Part shown: piece after piece, positions 9,398-20,205 of the stretch
Layout of the letters: each line of letters starts with the position of its first letter
Numbering within the stretch: position 1 is the stretch's first letter
NCBI GenBank assembly: GCA_965662235.1
Contig: CBFIGY010000007.1
Span: 1-64,000 of the forward strand
Direction: 5' to 3'
From: an uncultured bacterium
Lineage (GTDB): Bacteria; SAR324; NAC60-12
DNA length: 64,000 nt
Notes under the pieces: model-generated
Databases searched by the model: none
What the model was told of the DNA's origin: nothing
The model's input: only the letters and a program-made list of their open reading frames with translations
Made by a program: the position numbers and the translations under genes

Positions 9398-10551
9398 AGA
9401 CGAAACTTCCGTTCCTCAACGTGACCCCCGGACGCCTGCTGACGCACCTGGGACTCCTCACCCTGGTCCTCATGTGGATCCTTCCCACCGTGGGCCTGCT
9501 GGTCAGCTCCTTCCGGGACAAGGACCAGCTGGCTGCCACCGGATGGTGGACCGCCCTGGCGACGTCGCAACAGAATGGCCAGGGCCGGACCGGGACCGGG
9601 GAAGACGTGGTCCAAGAAGGCGGGCTCTACGTCATCTCCGGAAGCCTATTCAGCAAACCGGGACAGACCCTGCTCAGCTTCAACACCAACTTCCGGGACC
9701 TGGGCGCCTACCAAGCGGGCGAAACCCTGGAGCTGAAGGACGGCAGCCGTCTGACGGTGGAAGCCGACGGCGCCTACCGCTGGGAGTCGGAGCAGCCAAT
9801 TGAGGTCACCCGCGGAAAACGGGTCTTCTTTGTGGCAGAGACCCCCCCGACGTTTACCCTCTCGAACTACATTGAGGTCCTGAGTTCCGAAGGCATTGGA
9901 CAGTCGTTCATCAACACCTTCGCTGTGACCATTCCCGCCACCATCATCCCCATCGCCATTGCTGCGTTTGCCGCCTATGCCTTTGCGTGGATGTCGTTCC
10001 CGGCCCGGCAGTTGCTGTTTGTCGTGGTCGTCGGGCTGCTGGTGGTGCCTTTGCAGATGTCGCTGATTCCGTTGCTGCGGATGTACAACTCGATTGGGGA
10101 GTTCTTTGACACAGCGGCAAAGTCGTATCCGGGCATCTGGCTGGCCCATACCGGGTTTGGCCTCCCCATGGCGATCTACTTGCTCCGGAACTACATGGGG
10201 ACGCTGCCCAAGGACATCATTGAATCCGCCCGCATGGATGGCGCCACGCACTTTCAGATCTTTACCAAACTCGTGATCCCGCTTTCGGTTCCGGCGCTGG
10301 CGTCGTTCACCATCTTCCAGTTCCTCTGGGTCTGGAACGATCTGCTGGTGGCCCTGGTCTTCCTCGGCAAGAGTGATGACCAGATTGTCCTGACCTCCAA
10401 GATGCGGGAGCTTTTGGGCTCCCGGGGGGACAACTGGGAGATCTTGACCAGCAGCGCCTTTATCTCCATCCTGGTTCCGCTCATCGTCTTCTTTGCCCTG
10501 CAGCGTTACTTCGTCCGTGGACTGGTAGCGGGATCGGTGAAGGGGGGATAG
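9394..10551 (+). CDS. aglG: Alpha-glucoside ABC transporter permease
   Basis: ATGA overlap with aglF; ESARMDGA, FQFLWVWNDLL, C-terminal FVRGLVAGSVKGG. Confidence 0.9.
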   Translation: MKTKLPFLNVTPGRLLTHLGLLTLVLMWILPTVGLLVSSFRDKDQLAATGWWTALATSQQNGQGRTGTGEDVVQEGGLYVISGSLFSKPGQTLLSFNTNFRDLGAYQAGETLELKDGSRLTVEADGAYRWESEQPIEVTRGKRVFFVAETPPTFTLSNYIEVLSSEGIGQSFINTFAVTIPATIIPIAIAAFAAYAFAWMSFPARQLLFVVVVGLLVVPLQMSLIPLLRMYNSIGEFFDTAAKSYPGIWLAHTGFGLPMAIYLLRNYMGTLPKDIIESARMDGATHFQIFTKLVIPLSVPALASFTIFQFLWVWNDLLVALVFLGKSDDQIVLTSKMRELLGSRGDNWEILTSSAFISILVPLIVFFALQRYFVRGLVAGSVKGG

Positions 10552-10615
10552 CCTTTGAGCCTGAGACGGCCGGGCTCAGCATCCCGCTTTGAATTTGTGA
10601 CTGCCTACTCCTGAG

Positions 10616-12832
10616 ATGACCATGAATGCTCCAGCACCTGTTGAGGCCCTTCAGCGCCTTGCCTCCGGGGACCTCTATGACCCGAGGTCCTTTTTGGGAT
10701 TCCACGAGGTTGCGTCTCGCTCCGGAGGGAAGCAGTGGCTGGTCCGGGTGTGGGAGCCTGATGCCACTGCCGCGTCGCTGCGGTGGGGCACCGGCAAGGC
10801 CCTGCCCATGGAAGCGGTGGCACCTGGGGTCTTCGAGTGGGTGGGGGCACCTCGGAAGGCGCTCAAGCCGTACCGTGTGACCCTGACGTATGCGGACGGC
10901 GCCACACATGAACGCTTTGACCCGTATTACTTCCCAACCCGCTTCTCCAGCCTCGACCAGCACCTCTTCGGCGAGGGGCAGCACTACCGCCTCTTCGACC
11001 GCATGGGCGCCCATGTTCATGAGGAGGAAGGCGTCCAGGGAACCTGGTTTGTTGTCTGGGCGCCCAACGCCCAACGCATCAGTGTCGTGGGAGACTTCAA
11101 TCAGTGGGACGGTCGCCGGCACCCGATGCAGGCGATGGGGAGCAGCGGCGTTTGGGAACTGTTCCTTCCGGAGGTCTCTGCAGGGGCGCTTTACAAGTTT
11201 GAGCTGAAGACCCAAGACGGGGCGCTGCTGCTGAAGTCCGACCCCTTTGCGTTTGAGTCGGAGCTCCGGCCCTCAACGGCTTCACGGGTCATGGACCCCA
11301 CCCCTTACGCCTGGAAGGATCAGGCGTGGATGGAGACGCGCCGCGTGCAGAATCCGCTGGAGCAGCCCGTCAACATTTACGAGGTGCACCTCGGATCGTG
11401 GCGCCGCGTGCCCGAGGACGGCAACCGCTTCCTCACCTACCGGGAAGCCGCGGCTCAGCTCATTCCCTACGTCCAGGAAATGGGGTACACGCACATTGAG
11501 CTGCTCCCGGTCTCAGAGCACCCCTTCGATGGCTCCTGGGGCTATCAGGTGACGGGTTACTTTGCGCCAACGTCCCGCTTCGGCACCCCTGAGGACCTGA
11601 AGTTCTTCATTGACGCCTGTCATGCAGCAGGCATCGGTGTCCTCCTCGACTGGGTTCCGGGGCACTTCCCCAAAGACTCCCACGGCCTCGCCCGTTTTGA
11701 CGGCACCGGTCTCTATGAGCATGAAGACCCTCGGCAGGGGGAGCACAAGGAATGGGGCACGCTGGTCTTCAACTACGACCGAAACGAGGTCCGGAACTTC
11801 CTCATCGCCAGCGCCCTTTACTGGCTGGAGGCGTACCACATCGACGGCATCCGGGTGGATGCAGTGGCTTCCATGCTCTACCTCGATTATGCCCGGGAGG
11901 CCGGCGAATGGGTGCCCAACGCATATGGCGGGCGTGAGAACCTGGGCGCCATTCAGTTCTTTCGGCAGCTGCATGAGGCCCTCTTCCGGGAGTTTCCGGG
12001 CATCCTCTCGATTGCTGAAGAGTCCACGGCGTGGCCCGGCGTCAGTCAACCCACTTACGTCGGCGGGCTGGGCTTCAACCTGAAGTGGAACATGGGGTGG
12101 ATGAACGACACCCTCAAGTACATGGCCAAGGATCCGGTTTATCGACGCTATGAGCACCACTGGATTACCTTCTCGCTGGTCTATGCCTTCAGTGAGAACT
12201 ACGTCCTTGCCATCTCGCATGATGAAGTGGTCCATGGCAAAGGGTCCCTTTTGGACAAAATGCCAGGGGATTTTTGGCAGAAACGGGCCAACCTGCGCCT
12301 CTACCTGGGGTTCATGATCTGCCACCCCGGGAAAAAATTGCTCTTCATGGGGCAGGAGTTTGGGCAGGGCCGGGAGTGGAGTGAGGCCCGGAGCCTCGAC
12401 TGGCACCTCCTGCAGGTTCCGGAATTTCAGCAGCTGCACGCCTGCACCCGGGCCCTCAACCACCTCTACCGCGAACAGCCGGCGCTCTACCGGAACGACT
12501 TTGACGGCTCCGGATTCCGCTGGATCGACCTCCACGACTCGGAAAACAGCGTCCTCAGCTTCATCCGCTTTCCGGAGCCGGGCAGCACCGCTCCTCCGCT
12601 GGTGTGCCTCTTCAACTTCACCCCGGTTCCCCGCGAACAGTACGTGGTGGGACTTCCTGTGCCCGGAGCGTATGAGGTGCTGTTTGACAGTGACGCCGTG
12701 GAGTTCGGAGGAGCTGGATTGCGGACACAGTCCACCTTTCTTGCGGAGGCAGAGGCGTGGCAAGATCAACCTGCCCGGACCGCAATCACCCTTCCTCCGC
12801 TGGGTTGTCTGATTCTTGCTTCAAAGGGGTAA
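10616..12832 (+). CDS. glgB: 1,4-alpha-glucan branching enzyme
   Basis: VWAPNA, IYEVHLGSW, WGYQ, DWVPGHF, GIRVDAVASM, AEEST, SHDEVVHGK. Confidence 0.97.
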   Translation: MTMNAPAPVEALQRLASGDLYDPRSFLGFHEVASRSGGKQWLVRVWEPDATAASLRWGTGKALPMEAVAPGVFEWVGAPRKALKPYRVTLTYADGATHERFDPYYFPTRFSSLDQHLFGEGQHYRLFDRMGAHVHEEEGVQGTWFVVWAPNAQRISVVGDFNQWDGRRHPMQAMGSSGVWELFLPEVSAGALYKFELKTQDGALLLKSDPFAFESELRPSTASRVMDPTPYAWKDQAWMETRRVQNPLEQPVNIYEVHLGSWRRVPEDGNRFLTYREAAAQLIPYVQEMGYTHIELLPVSEHPFDGSWGYQVTGYFAPTSRFGTPEDLKFFIDACHAAGIGVLLDWVPGHFPKDSHGLARFDGTGLYEHEDPRQGEHKEWGTLVFNYDRNEVRNFLIASALYWLEAYHIDGIRVDAVASMLYLDYAREAGEWVPNAYGGRENLGAIQFFRQLHEALFREFPGILSIAEESTAWPGVSQPTYVGGLGFNLKWNMGWMNDTLKYMAKDPVYRRYEHHWITFSLVYAFSENYVLAISHDEVVHGKGSLLDKMPGDFWQKRANLRLYLGFMICHPGKKLLFMGQEFGQGREWSEARSLDWHLLQVPEFQQLHACTRALNHLYREQPALYRNDFDGSGFRWIDLHDSENSVLSFIRFPEPGSTAPPLVCLFNFTPVPREQYVVGLPVPGAYEVLFDSDAVEFGGAGLRTQSTFLAEAEAWQDQPARTAITLPPLGCLILASKG

Positions 12833-12865
12833 ACCCGCTCATCAACGTTTAGCCAGAACCGCCTT

Positions 12866-15376
12866 ATGCCCCACTCCCGCCCCCAAATGAAGAAAATCTG
12901 GGAGCTGATGGAAACCTATCAGCCCATGGATGTTGACGGCCTCCTCCGGTCGATTGCTGATCACCTGGAGTTTTCCCAGAACAAGAACCGTCACAACCTG
13001 ACGTCGTTTGACCTCTACGACAGCCTTGCCCTGGCCATCCGGGACCGGCTGACGGAGTTCCTCAACGACACCGAGCAGCACTACTACCAGTCCAACCCCA
13101 AGCAGGTTTACTACCTCTCCCTGGAGTACCTGATTGGCCGCAGCATGCGCAACAACCTCGTCAACCTCGGCATTTACGAGGTCTGCCGCGAGGCCATGGC
13201 CCAGATCGGTTACGACCTAGAGGAGCTGGAGGAGCTGGAGCATGATGCCGGCCTCGGAAACGGAGGCCTGGGTCGTCTGGCCGCCTGCTTCCTAGACTCC
13301 ATGGCGACGCTGCAGCTGCCGGCACAGGGTTACGGAATCCGCTACGAGTATGGCATCTTTGAGCAGCGCTTTGAGCATGGCCAGCAGGTGGAAGCTCCGG
13401 ACGCGTGGCTGGAGCAGGGCTACCCGTGGGAGATCCCGCGTTGGGAGACCCTGATGCCGGTTCACTTTTACGGCAACGTGGAGCACTACGTGGATCCGCA
13501 GGGACGCTCGCACAAGCGCTGGGTCAACACCCAGGATGCTCTGGCCATGGCCTATGATGTTCCCGTCGCAGGGTACGAAAACCGGACCGTCAACACGCTG
13601 CGCCTCTGGCGGGCTCGGGCTCCCCGGGACTTCGACTTCCAGGCCTTCAACCGCGGAGACTACATGGCTGCTGTCTCCGAACGTCAGCAGATTGAGACCA
13701 TCTCAAAGGTCCTCTACCCCAACGACCAGGGTTTTTCAGGGAAGGAACTGCGGCTCAAGCAGCAGTACTTCTTTGTGGCTGCTTCTCTCAAGGACATCCT
13801 GCAACGCTTCCTGGAGCAGGGACACGGCTGGGAGCTGCTTCCGGAGAAGGTTGCGATCCAACTCAACGACACCCACCCCTCCATTGCGGTCGCGGAGCTG
13901 ATGCGCATCCTCGTGGATGAGGAACGCTTGGAGTGGGATGAAGCCTGGGGCATCACCCAGAAGGTGTTTGCCTACACCAACCACACGGTTCTGCCGGAGG
14001 CGTTGGAGAAGTGGACGGTGGAGCTGATGGGACGTCTGCTACCCCGGCACCTGGAGATCATTTACGAAATCAACGACCACTTCCTCAGCGCGGTCGCCTC
14101 TCAGTTTCCAGGAGACCTAGAACTCCTCCAGCGGGTTTCGCTGATTGAGGAAAGCAATCCTAAGCAGATCCGGATGCCGCACCTGGCCATCGTGGGCAGC
14201 CATGCGGTGAACGGAGTCGCGGCCCTGCACACGGAGCTGCTCAAGACGACGGTGTTCCAGGACTTTCACCAGCTCTTCCCCGAGCGTTTCCAGAACAAGA
14301 CCAACGGCATCACTCCTCGGCTCTGGCTCAAGTGCGCCAACCCGGAGCTGGCCGACCTCATCAGCGACCGCATTGGCCCAGAGTGGCTCACCGACCTGGA
14401 CCGCCTGCAGGGCCTGAAGGTCCACGCCTCCGAAACGGCCTTTCAGGATGCCTGGCGCGCTGTGCACCAGCAGAAGAAGGAACAGTTTGCTGCCTGGATG
14501 CAGCACAAGCACGACCTGGTCATCAACCCTCACACCCTCTTTGATGTCCAGATCAAGCGCATCCATGAGTACAAGCGCCAGCTGCTCAACCTGCTCCACA
14601 TCATCTACCAGTGGCAGTGGCTCAAGGACCACCCCAACGCGGAAGTGGTTCCCCGGACGGTCATCTTTGCCGGCAAGGCGGCCCCCGGGTACCACATGGC
14701 GAAGCAGGTCATCCGCTTGGCCAATGCGATCAGTCGCATGCTGGAGAAGGACAAGCGCATCCGGGAACTGCTGCGGGTCGTCTTTGTTCCGAACTACGGG
14801 GTTTCAACGGCGGAGAAGCTGATCCCGGCGACGGACCTTTCTCAGCACATCTCCACTGCAGGAATGGAGGCTTCCGGAACCAGCAACATGAAGTTTGTCC
14901 TCAATGGAGCGCCCATCCTTGGCACCCTAGATGGCGCCAACGTTGAGATTCTGGAAGAGGTTGGTCCGGAAAACTGCTTCATCTTTGGATTGACTGCCGA
15001 CGAGGTCACTCAGGTCCGGGCTCAGGGGCATGATCCGCACCGGATCTACCATGAGCAGCCTGAGATCCGTCAGGTGCTGGACGCCATTGGAAACGGCACC
15101 TGCCTGCCGGAGGATCCGGATGCCTTCCGTGACGTCTTTGACTCCTTGGTCCACAGCGATTACTACCTGCTGCTGGCGGACTTTGAGAGCTACCGCAGCT
15201 GCCAGAAGCAGGTGGAGACGGTGTGGCAGGATCCGGCCCGATGGACGGAGATCTCCATCCACAACACGGCTGGCGCCGGAAAGTTTTCCAGCGACCGGAC
15301 CATTCAGCAGTACGCTGAGGAAATCTGGGGCGTCGAGGCGTCTCCGGTGCGTCCCGGCAAGGGCAAGAAGCGCTGA
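12866..15376 (+). CDS. glgP: Glycogen/maltodextrin phosphorylase
   Basis: GLGNGGLGRLAACF, QLNDTHP, YTNHTVLPEALE, KRIHEYKRQ, EASGTSNMK (PLP lysine). Confidence 0.97.
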   Translation: MPHSRPQMKKIWELMETYQPMDVDGLLRSIADHLEFSQNKNRHNLTSFDLYDSLALAIRDRLTEFLNDTEQHYYQSNPKQVYYLSLEYLIGRSMRNNLVNLGIYEVCREAMAQIGYDLEELEELEHDAGLGNGGLGRLAACFLDSMATLQLPAQGYGIRYEYGIFEQRFEHGQQVEAPDAWLEQGYPWEIPRWETLMPVHFYGNVEHYVDPQGRSHKRWVNTQDALAMAYDVPVAGYENRTVNTLRLWRARAPRDFDFQAFNRGDYMAAVSERQQIETISKVLYPNDQGFSGKELRLKQQYFFVAASLKDILQRFLEQGHGWELLPEKVAIQLNDTHPSIAVAELMRILVDEERLEWDEAWGITQKVFAYTNHTVLPEALEKWTVELMGRLLPRHLEIIYEINDHFLSAVASQFPGDLELLQRVSLIEESNPKQIRMPHLAIVGSHAVNGVAALHTELLKTTVFQDFHQLFPERFQNKTNGITPRLWLKCANPELADLISDRIGPEWLTDLDRLQGLKVHASETAFQDAWRAVHQQKKEQFAAWMQHKHDLVINPHTLFDVQIKRIHEYKRQLLNLLHIIYQWQWLKDHPNAEVVPRTVIFAGKAAPGYHMAKQVIRLANAISRMLEKDKRIRELLRVVFVPNYGVSTAEKLIPATDLSQHISTAGMEASGTSNMKFVLNGAPILGTLDGANVEILEEVGPENCFIFGLTADEVTQVRAQGHDPHRIYHEQPEIRQVLDAIGNGTCLPEDPDAFRDVFDSLVHSDYYLLLADFESYRSCQKQVETVWQDPARWTEISIHNTAGAGKFSSDRTIQQYAEEIWGVEASPVRPGKGKKR

Positions 15377-15423
15377 CCTGACCCCGCTGTTTTTGTGACC
15401 CTCAAACCCAATTGGAACCTGTC

Positions 15424-17064
15424 ATGAGCAATCCGAACTGGTGGAAATCCGCCGTGTTCTATCAGATCTATCCCCGGAGCTTCCGGGATGCCAACAACGA
15501 TGGCATTGGTGACCTCAAAGGCATCACGGAGCGGCTCGACTACCTCAATGATGGCCACGGCGGAGGGCTGGGGGTGGACGCGATCTGGATCTCGCCCTTC
15601 TTCAAGTCGCCAATGGCCGACTTCGGTTATGACGTCAGCGACTACTGCGACATTGACCCCATCTTTGGGACGCTGGAGGACTTTGACGCCCTGATTGCTG
15701 CCGCACACCAACGGGGCGTGAAGGTGGTGCTGGACCTGGTCCTCAACCATTCCTCTGACCAGCACCCGTGGTTTCAGGAGTCGCGTCAGAGCCGGGACAA
15801 TGCCAAGGCGGACTGGTACGTCTGGGCCGACCCGAAGCCCGATGGCTCTCCCCCGAACAACTGGCTGAGCCTGTTTGGAGGACCTGCTTGGACGTTTGAT
15901 GAGGCGCGTGGACAGTACTACATGCACACCTTCTTGAAGGAGCAGCCCGATCTGAACTGGTATCAGCCGGAAGTCCGTGCCGCACTCGCCGAGGTGGTGC
16001 GTTTCTGGATGAAGCGGGGGGCTGATGGGTTCCGCCTCGACACCGCCAACTTCTATGCCCACGATGTTCAGCTCCGGGACAACCCTCCTCGGCAGTCGGA
16101 TGCGCCGCTGCTGGAGTCGGACAAGGCGGAGAATCCTTACTTCCGGGACTACCTCACCACCTACTCTAAGGACCGTCCTGAAAACTTCGGGTTTGTGAAG
16201 TTCCTCCGGGACCTGTTTGATGAGGGGGAGGCCATGACGTCCATTGGAGAGACCGGCGGTTTTCCTGATCTAGAGACGGCGGTGCGGGTGGCTGCTGAGT
16301 ACGCCCACGGTTCCGACCGGCTCCACATGGCATACAGCTTTGCGCTGCTGAACGACCGGCTCGACCGGGACTACCTTGCTGAGGTGGTGCAGCTGACAGA
16401 AGGGCACATTGCGGATGGCTGGCCCTGCTGGTCGCTGGGAAACCACGATTGCCCTCGCCTCTTCTCACGCCTGAACGGGGCCGACAAACCGGGGTATCAG
16501 GCGATGCTTCTCTCGCTCATGCTCTGCCTGCGCGGCACCCCCATTCTCTACTATGGGGATGAACTGGACCTACCGGAGTACCCGATCACCCGCGAGGAAC
16601 TGCAGGACCCTTACGGCATCAATATGTGGCCAGACGTCATTGGGCGCGATGGCTGCCGAACTCCTTTTCCCTGGTCCCGTACCGCGCCCCAGCAGGGCTT
16701 CAACGATGGGGCGAAGCCCTGGCTTCCGGCCAAGGCCCCTCAGACGTTGGAGGACGCAGAGCGTGATCCGCACAGCACCCTGCAGGTGCTCCGGGAGATG
16801 ATCCGGATCCGTAAGCAGGCCCCGGCGCTGCAGACCGGGAGTTTCCACGTGCTGGAGGGCATGGAGCCCTATGTGTTTGTCCGGGAGCATCCGGAAGAAA
16901 CCTATGTGGTGGCAGCCAATCTGACGGGCGTTCCGCAACACGCTCCGCTCCCCTTCACGCAGCTGGAGGACCGCACCCCTCAGGCCCTCCCTCAGCGAGG
17001 CTCCTTTGATCAGGGCACCCTCACGCTTCCGGCGTACGGGCTCTTCATTGGCAGAAAGGCCTGA
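15424..17064 (+). CDS. aglA: Alpha-glucosidase, GH13
   Basis: YQIYPRSF, DFGYDVSDY, DLVLNHSS, QPDLNW, GFRLDT, GNHD, GRDGCRTP. Confidence 0.88.
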   Translation: MSNPNWWKSAVFYQIYPRSFRDANNDGIGDLKGITERLDYLNDGHGGGLGVDAIWISPFFKSPMADFGYDVSDYCDIDPIFGTLEDFDALIAAAHQRGVKVVLDLVLNHSSDQHPWFQESRQSRDNAKADWYVWADPKPDGSPPNNWLSLFGGPAWTFDEARGQYYMHTFLKEQPDLNWYQPEVRAALAEVVRFWMKRGADGFRLDTANFYAHDVQLRDNPPRQSDAPLLESDKAENPYFRDYLTTYSKDRPENFGFVKFLRDLFDEGEAMTSIGETGGFPDLETAVRVAAEYAHGSDRLHMAYSFALLNDRLDRDYLAEVVQLTEGHIADGWPCWSLGNHDCPRLFSRLNGADKPGYQAMLLSLMLCLRGTPILYYGDELDLPEYPITREELQDPYGINMWPDVIGRDGCRTPFPWSRTAPQQGFNDGAKPWLPAKAPQTLEDAERDPHSTLQVLREMIRIRKQAPALQTGSFHVLEGMEPYVFVREHPEETYVVAANLTGVPQHAPLPFTQLEDRTPQALPQRGSFDQGTLTLPAYGLFIGRKA

Positions 17065-17067
17065 CCG

Positions 17068-18249
17068 TTGGTGCCCCGTCCCACTCAAGAAACCCGGCGT
17101 GTTCGCTGGGCGGTTTCGGCGATCTTCCTTTCCAATGGCCTCAGCTTCGCGTCCCTAGTTCCCCACTTTCCCTGGCTCAAGGAGAAGCTGGAGCTGACGG
17201 AAGCGACCATGGGCATTGCCCTGCTCTTTCCGGCCATTGGTGCGGTGACCATGATGCTGGTGACGGGGCGCCTCATCCAGCGTCTGGGCAGCAAACCCCT
17301 GACGATTGCCGGAGCCCTGCTGCTGCAGGTCGCGGTTCCGTTGATCCTGCTCATGCCGAACCTCTGGACGCTGGCGCCACTGCTGATTGCGGTGGGAGCC
17401 ATGATTGGCATGATGGATGTTTCCATGAATGCTCAGGCAGCCGCAGTGGAACACCGTTACGACCGCCCGATCATGTCCTCCTTTCATGCGACCTGGAGCC
17501 TAGGAACGCTGATTGGAGGCGCTTCCGCCAGCCTCTTCCTCCGCTATGGCCTGACGCCCCTAGAGCACGTTTCCCTCATCGTCTCCGGACTGATCCTCCT
17601 CATCCTCGCCGTCTCACGGTTGTTGCTGACCAAGGAAGAAGACATCCCCGGAGAAGAGGCGCCGCTCTTTGCCTTCCCTAAAGGCATGGTGCTCGCCATG
17701 GGAGTGCTGGCGATGCTGGGAATGGTGGCAGAAGGCGCCGCAACCGACTGGTCGGCCATCTACGCCCGGACGGTGCTGGAGGTCTCGGCTAGTGATGCTG
17801 CAGCGACCTTTACGGCGTTCACCCTGACGATGACGGTGGGGCGCTTCACCGGAGACTGGCTGGTGCATCGGCTGGGACGTCCGCTGATGGTCCGGATTGC
17901 CGCTGGAGTGGGTGCCGTGGGGCTGGGCATTGGTCTCGGCATTGGCACCCTGGAATCCGCGTGGTTCGGGTTCGCCTGCCTGGGATTCGGACTCGCAAAC
18001 GTGGTCCCCATCCTCTTCAGCGCTGCCAGTCAGATTCCCGGAGTGTCTGCTGGAACCGGCATTGCCGGAGTGGCAACTCTTGGTTACGGAGGCTTTCTCT
18101 TTGGACCACCCCTGATCGGTTTCACCGCTCAGCTGATAGGCCTCCGTGGCGCGCTGTTCATCATTGTCGGCTTCTGCCTCATCCTCGCACTGGCAGCTCC
18201 GCGACTGCTCGGTTCCTCCTCCCGCCCTGTTGCCCTCAGCGGATCATGA
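17068..18249 (+). CDS. MFS transporter (putative sugar transporter)
   Basis: About 12 TM helices; DVSMNAQA, IMSSFHATWSLG, EGAATDWS, GRFTGDWL. Confidence 0.85.
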   Translation: MVPRPTQETRRVRWAVSAIFLSNGLSFASLVPHFPWLKEKLELTEATMGIALLFPAIGAVTMMLVTGRLIQRLGSKPLTIAGALLLQVAVPLILLMPNLWTLAPLLIAVGAMIGMMDVSMNAQAAAVEHRYDRPIMSSFHATWSLGTLIGGASASLFLRYGLTPLEHVSLIVSGLILLILAVSRLLLTKEEDIPGEEAPLFAFPKGMVLAMGVLAMLGMVAEGAATDWSAIYARTVLEVSASDAAATFTAFTLTMTVGRFTGDWLVHRLGRPLMVRIAAGVGAVGLGIGLGIGTLESAWFGFACLGFGLANVVPILFSAASQIPGVSAGTGIAGVATLGYGGFLFGPPLIGFTAQLIGLRGALFIIVGFCLILALAAPRLLGSSSRPVALSGS

Positions 18250-20189
18250 CCCCTCCTGCCCATCCGGACCGTGCTGCGCTCAGTCTGCAGCGCCTGTTGC
18301 CTCGTTGGGAACAGCGGTTTCTGCAGCAGCCTCAGGCAACCGAGGCTCGCTGGACGGAACTCCGGAGTCGCGTGGAAGCGCAGTTCCCGCGCCTGTTCTC
18401 CCTCTTTCACGCCCTTTATGGCGACCGGTACGACTTCTTCTACCACCTAGAGGAAACCGTTTTTGAAGCCCTCCAGGCCGGTCTGGAACGGTCCGAGGAA
18501 CTGCAGGCACTGGATGCGGCTCGGCTGGAACACCCGCGCTGGGCGCAGGAGGCCCGCATGCTGGGCGCTTCCGGATACGTTGACCTTCAGGCCGGCACCC
18601 TAGAGGGCCTGCGTCACCAGCTTCCGTATTACCAGGAACTGGGACTGACCTACCTGCACCTGATGCCCCTCTTTGCCCGTCCGGAGGGCGAAAACGATGG
18701 CGGGTACGCCGTCAGCAGCTACCGAGACATTCATCCGCCGCTAGGGACGATGACCGATCTGCAGCAGCTCGCCCAGGAATTCCGTGGCGCCGGCATCAGC
18801 CTCGTGGTGGACTTCATCTTCAATCACACGGCACAGGACCACGTGTGGGCCCAGCAGGCCAAGGCCGGTGATCCGGAGTTTCAGGACTACTACTGGATGC
18901 TGGACTCGGCAGACGCGGTGCAGGCCTGGCAACAGCACCTGCGCCTCATCTTCCCAGACCGAGGCGGCAGCTTCAGCTGGTGCGAGGAAGCACAGAAGTG
19001 GGTGTGGACGACCTTCTTTGAGTTTCAGTGGGACCTGAACTACAGCAACCCGGCCGTCTTCCGGGGCATGCTGGGCGAGATGCTCTTTCTGGCCAATCAG
19101 GGCGTGGAGGTCCTCCGCATGGACGCCGTGGCGTTCATCTGGAAGCGGCAGGGGACCGACTGTGAGAACCAACCGGAAGCGCACTGGATCCTCCAGGCCT
19201 ACAACGCTCTTTGTGCCATTGCGTCTCCGGCGCTGCTGTTGAAATCGGAAGCCATTGTGCATCCGGATGAAGTCGCCCGCTACATCCGGCCAGACGAATG
19301 CCGCCTGAGCTACAATCCGCTGCTGATGGCACTGCTCTGGGAAGCCCTGGCCACCCGCGACACCCGGCTGCTGAGCGCATCCATGCGAGCCCGCTTTCCG
19401 ATTGATCCGGAGTGCGTGTGGGTCAACTACCTGCGCTGCCATGATGACATCGGCTGGACCTTCGATGACGCCATTGCGGCTCAGTTGGGCATTGACGGCG
19501 CCGGGCACCGTCGCTTCCTCAACGACTTCTACACGGGGCGCTTCCCCGGAAGCTTTGCCCGTGGGTTGCCGTTTCAGGAGAACCCGCTCACCGGCGACGC
19601 CCGCATTTCCGGCACCCTTGCTTCCCTGGCTGGAGTGGAAGCGGCGCTGGCGGCTGAAGACGCAACAGCTCTGGACCTGGCGCTGCAGCGCATTCTGATG
19701 CTCTATGGCATCATCCTCAGCATTGGCGGCCTCCCGCTCCTTTACCTAGGAGACGAGACCGGCATGCTGAACGACCCGTCCTACCTGCAGGATCCCGATC
19801 ACGCTGGAGACAGCCGCTGGGCGCACCGTCCACAGCGGAACTGGGCCGCCGAGGCCGCGCTGCTGGAAGACCCGGAGTCGTATGCCTCCCGGATCCGTCA
19901 GGGACTGGCGCAGCTGCTGGAACGCCGTCAGCTGCTGCCTGGACTGAGTACCGGAACCACGACTTTTCCCTCGGTGGACAACGACCACCTCTTTGTCTAT
20001 CAACGTCACAGTTCCGAAGGACGCTTCTTGGCGCTCTGCAACTTCACCGAACGTCCGCAGCCCGTGACCGCCAATGCCCTCCGCCTCCTTGGGTACACCC
20101 AAGAAGGGACGGATCTTTGGGCCGGAGAGCGCCTTCCCATTCGTTCTGGACTCCTGCTCCGTCCCTACCAAACCCACTGGCTGACCTGA
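18246..20189 (+). CDS. ams: Amylosucrase (GH13_4)
   Basis: ATGA overlap with the MFS gene; YLHLMP, DGGYAV, DFIFNHT, QWDLNY, LRMDAVAFIWK, KSEAIVHP, RCHDDIGW, GDARISGT, DSRWAHRP. Confidence 0.9.
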   Translation: MTPPAHPDRAALSLQRLLPRWEQRFLQQPQATEARWTELRSRVEAQFPRLFSLFHALYGDRYDFFYHLEETVFEALQAGLERSEELQALDAARLEHPRWAQEARMLGASGYVDLQAGTLEGLRHQLPYYQELGLTYLHLMPLFARPEGENDGGYAVSSYRDIHPPLGTMTDLQQLAQEFRGAGISLVVDFIFNHTAQDHVWAQQAKAGDPEFQDYYWMLDSADAVQAWQQHLRLIFPDRGGSFSWCEEAQKWVWTTFFEFQWDLNYSNPAVFRGMLGEMLFLANQGVEVLRMDAVAFIWKRQGTDCENQPEAHWILQAYNALCAIASPALLLKSEAIVHPDEVARYIRPDECRLSYNPLLMALLWEALATRDTRLLSASMRARFPIDPECVWVNYLRCHDDIGWTFDDAIAAQLGIDGAGHRRFLNDFYTGRFPGSFARGLPFQENPLTGDARISGTLASLAGVEAALAAEDATALDLALQRILMLYGIILSIGGLPLLYLGDETGMLNDPSYLQDPDHAGDSRWAHRPQRNWAAEAALLEDPESYASRIRQGLAQLLERRQLLPGLSTGTTTFPSVDNDHLFVYQRHSSEGRFLALCNFTERPQPVTANALRLLGYTQEGTDLWAGERLPIRSGLLLRPYQTHWLT

Positions 20190-20205
20190 TGTTCGCATTT
20201 TGCAG

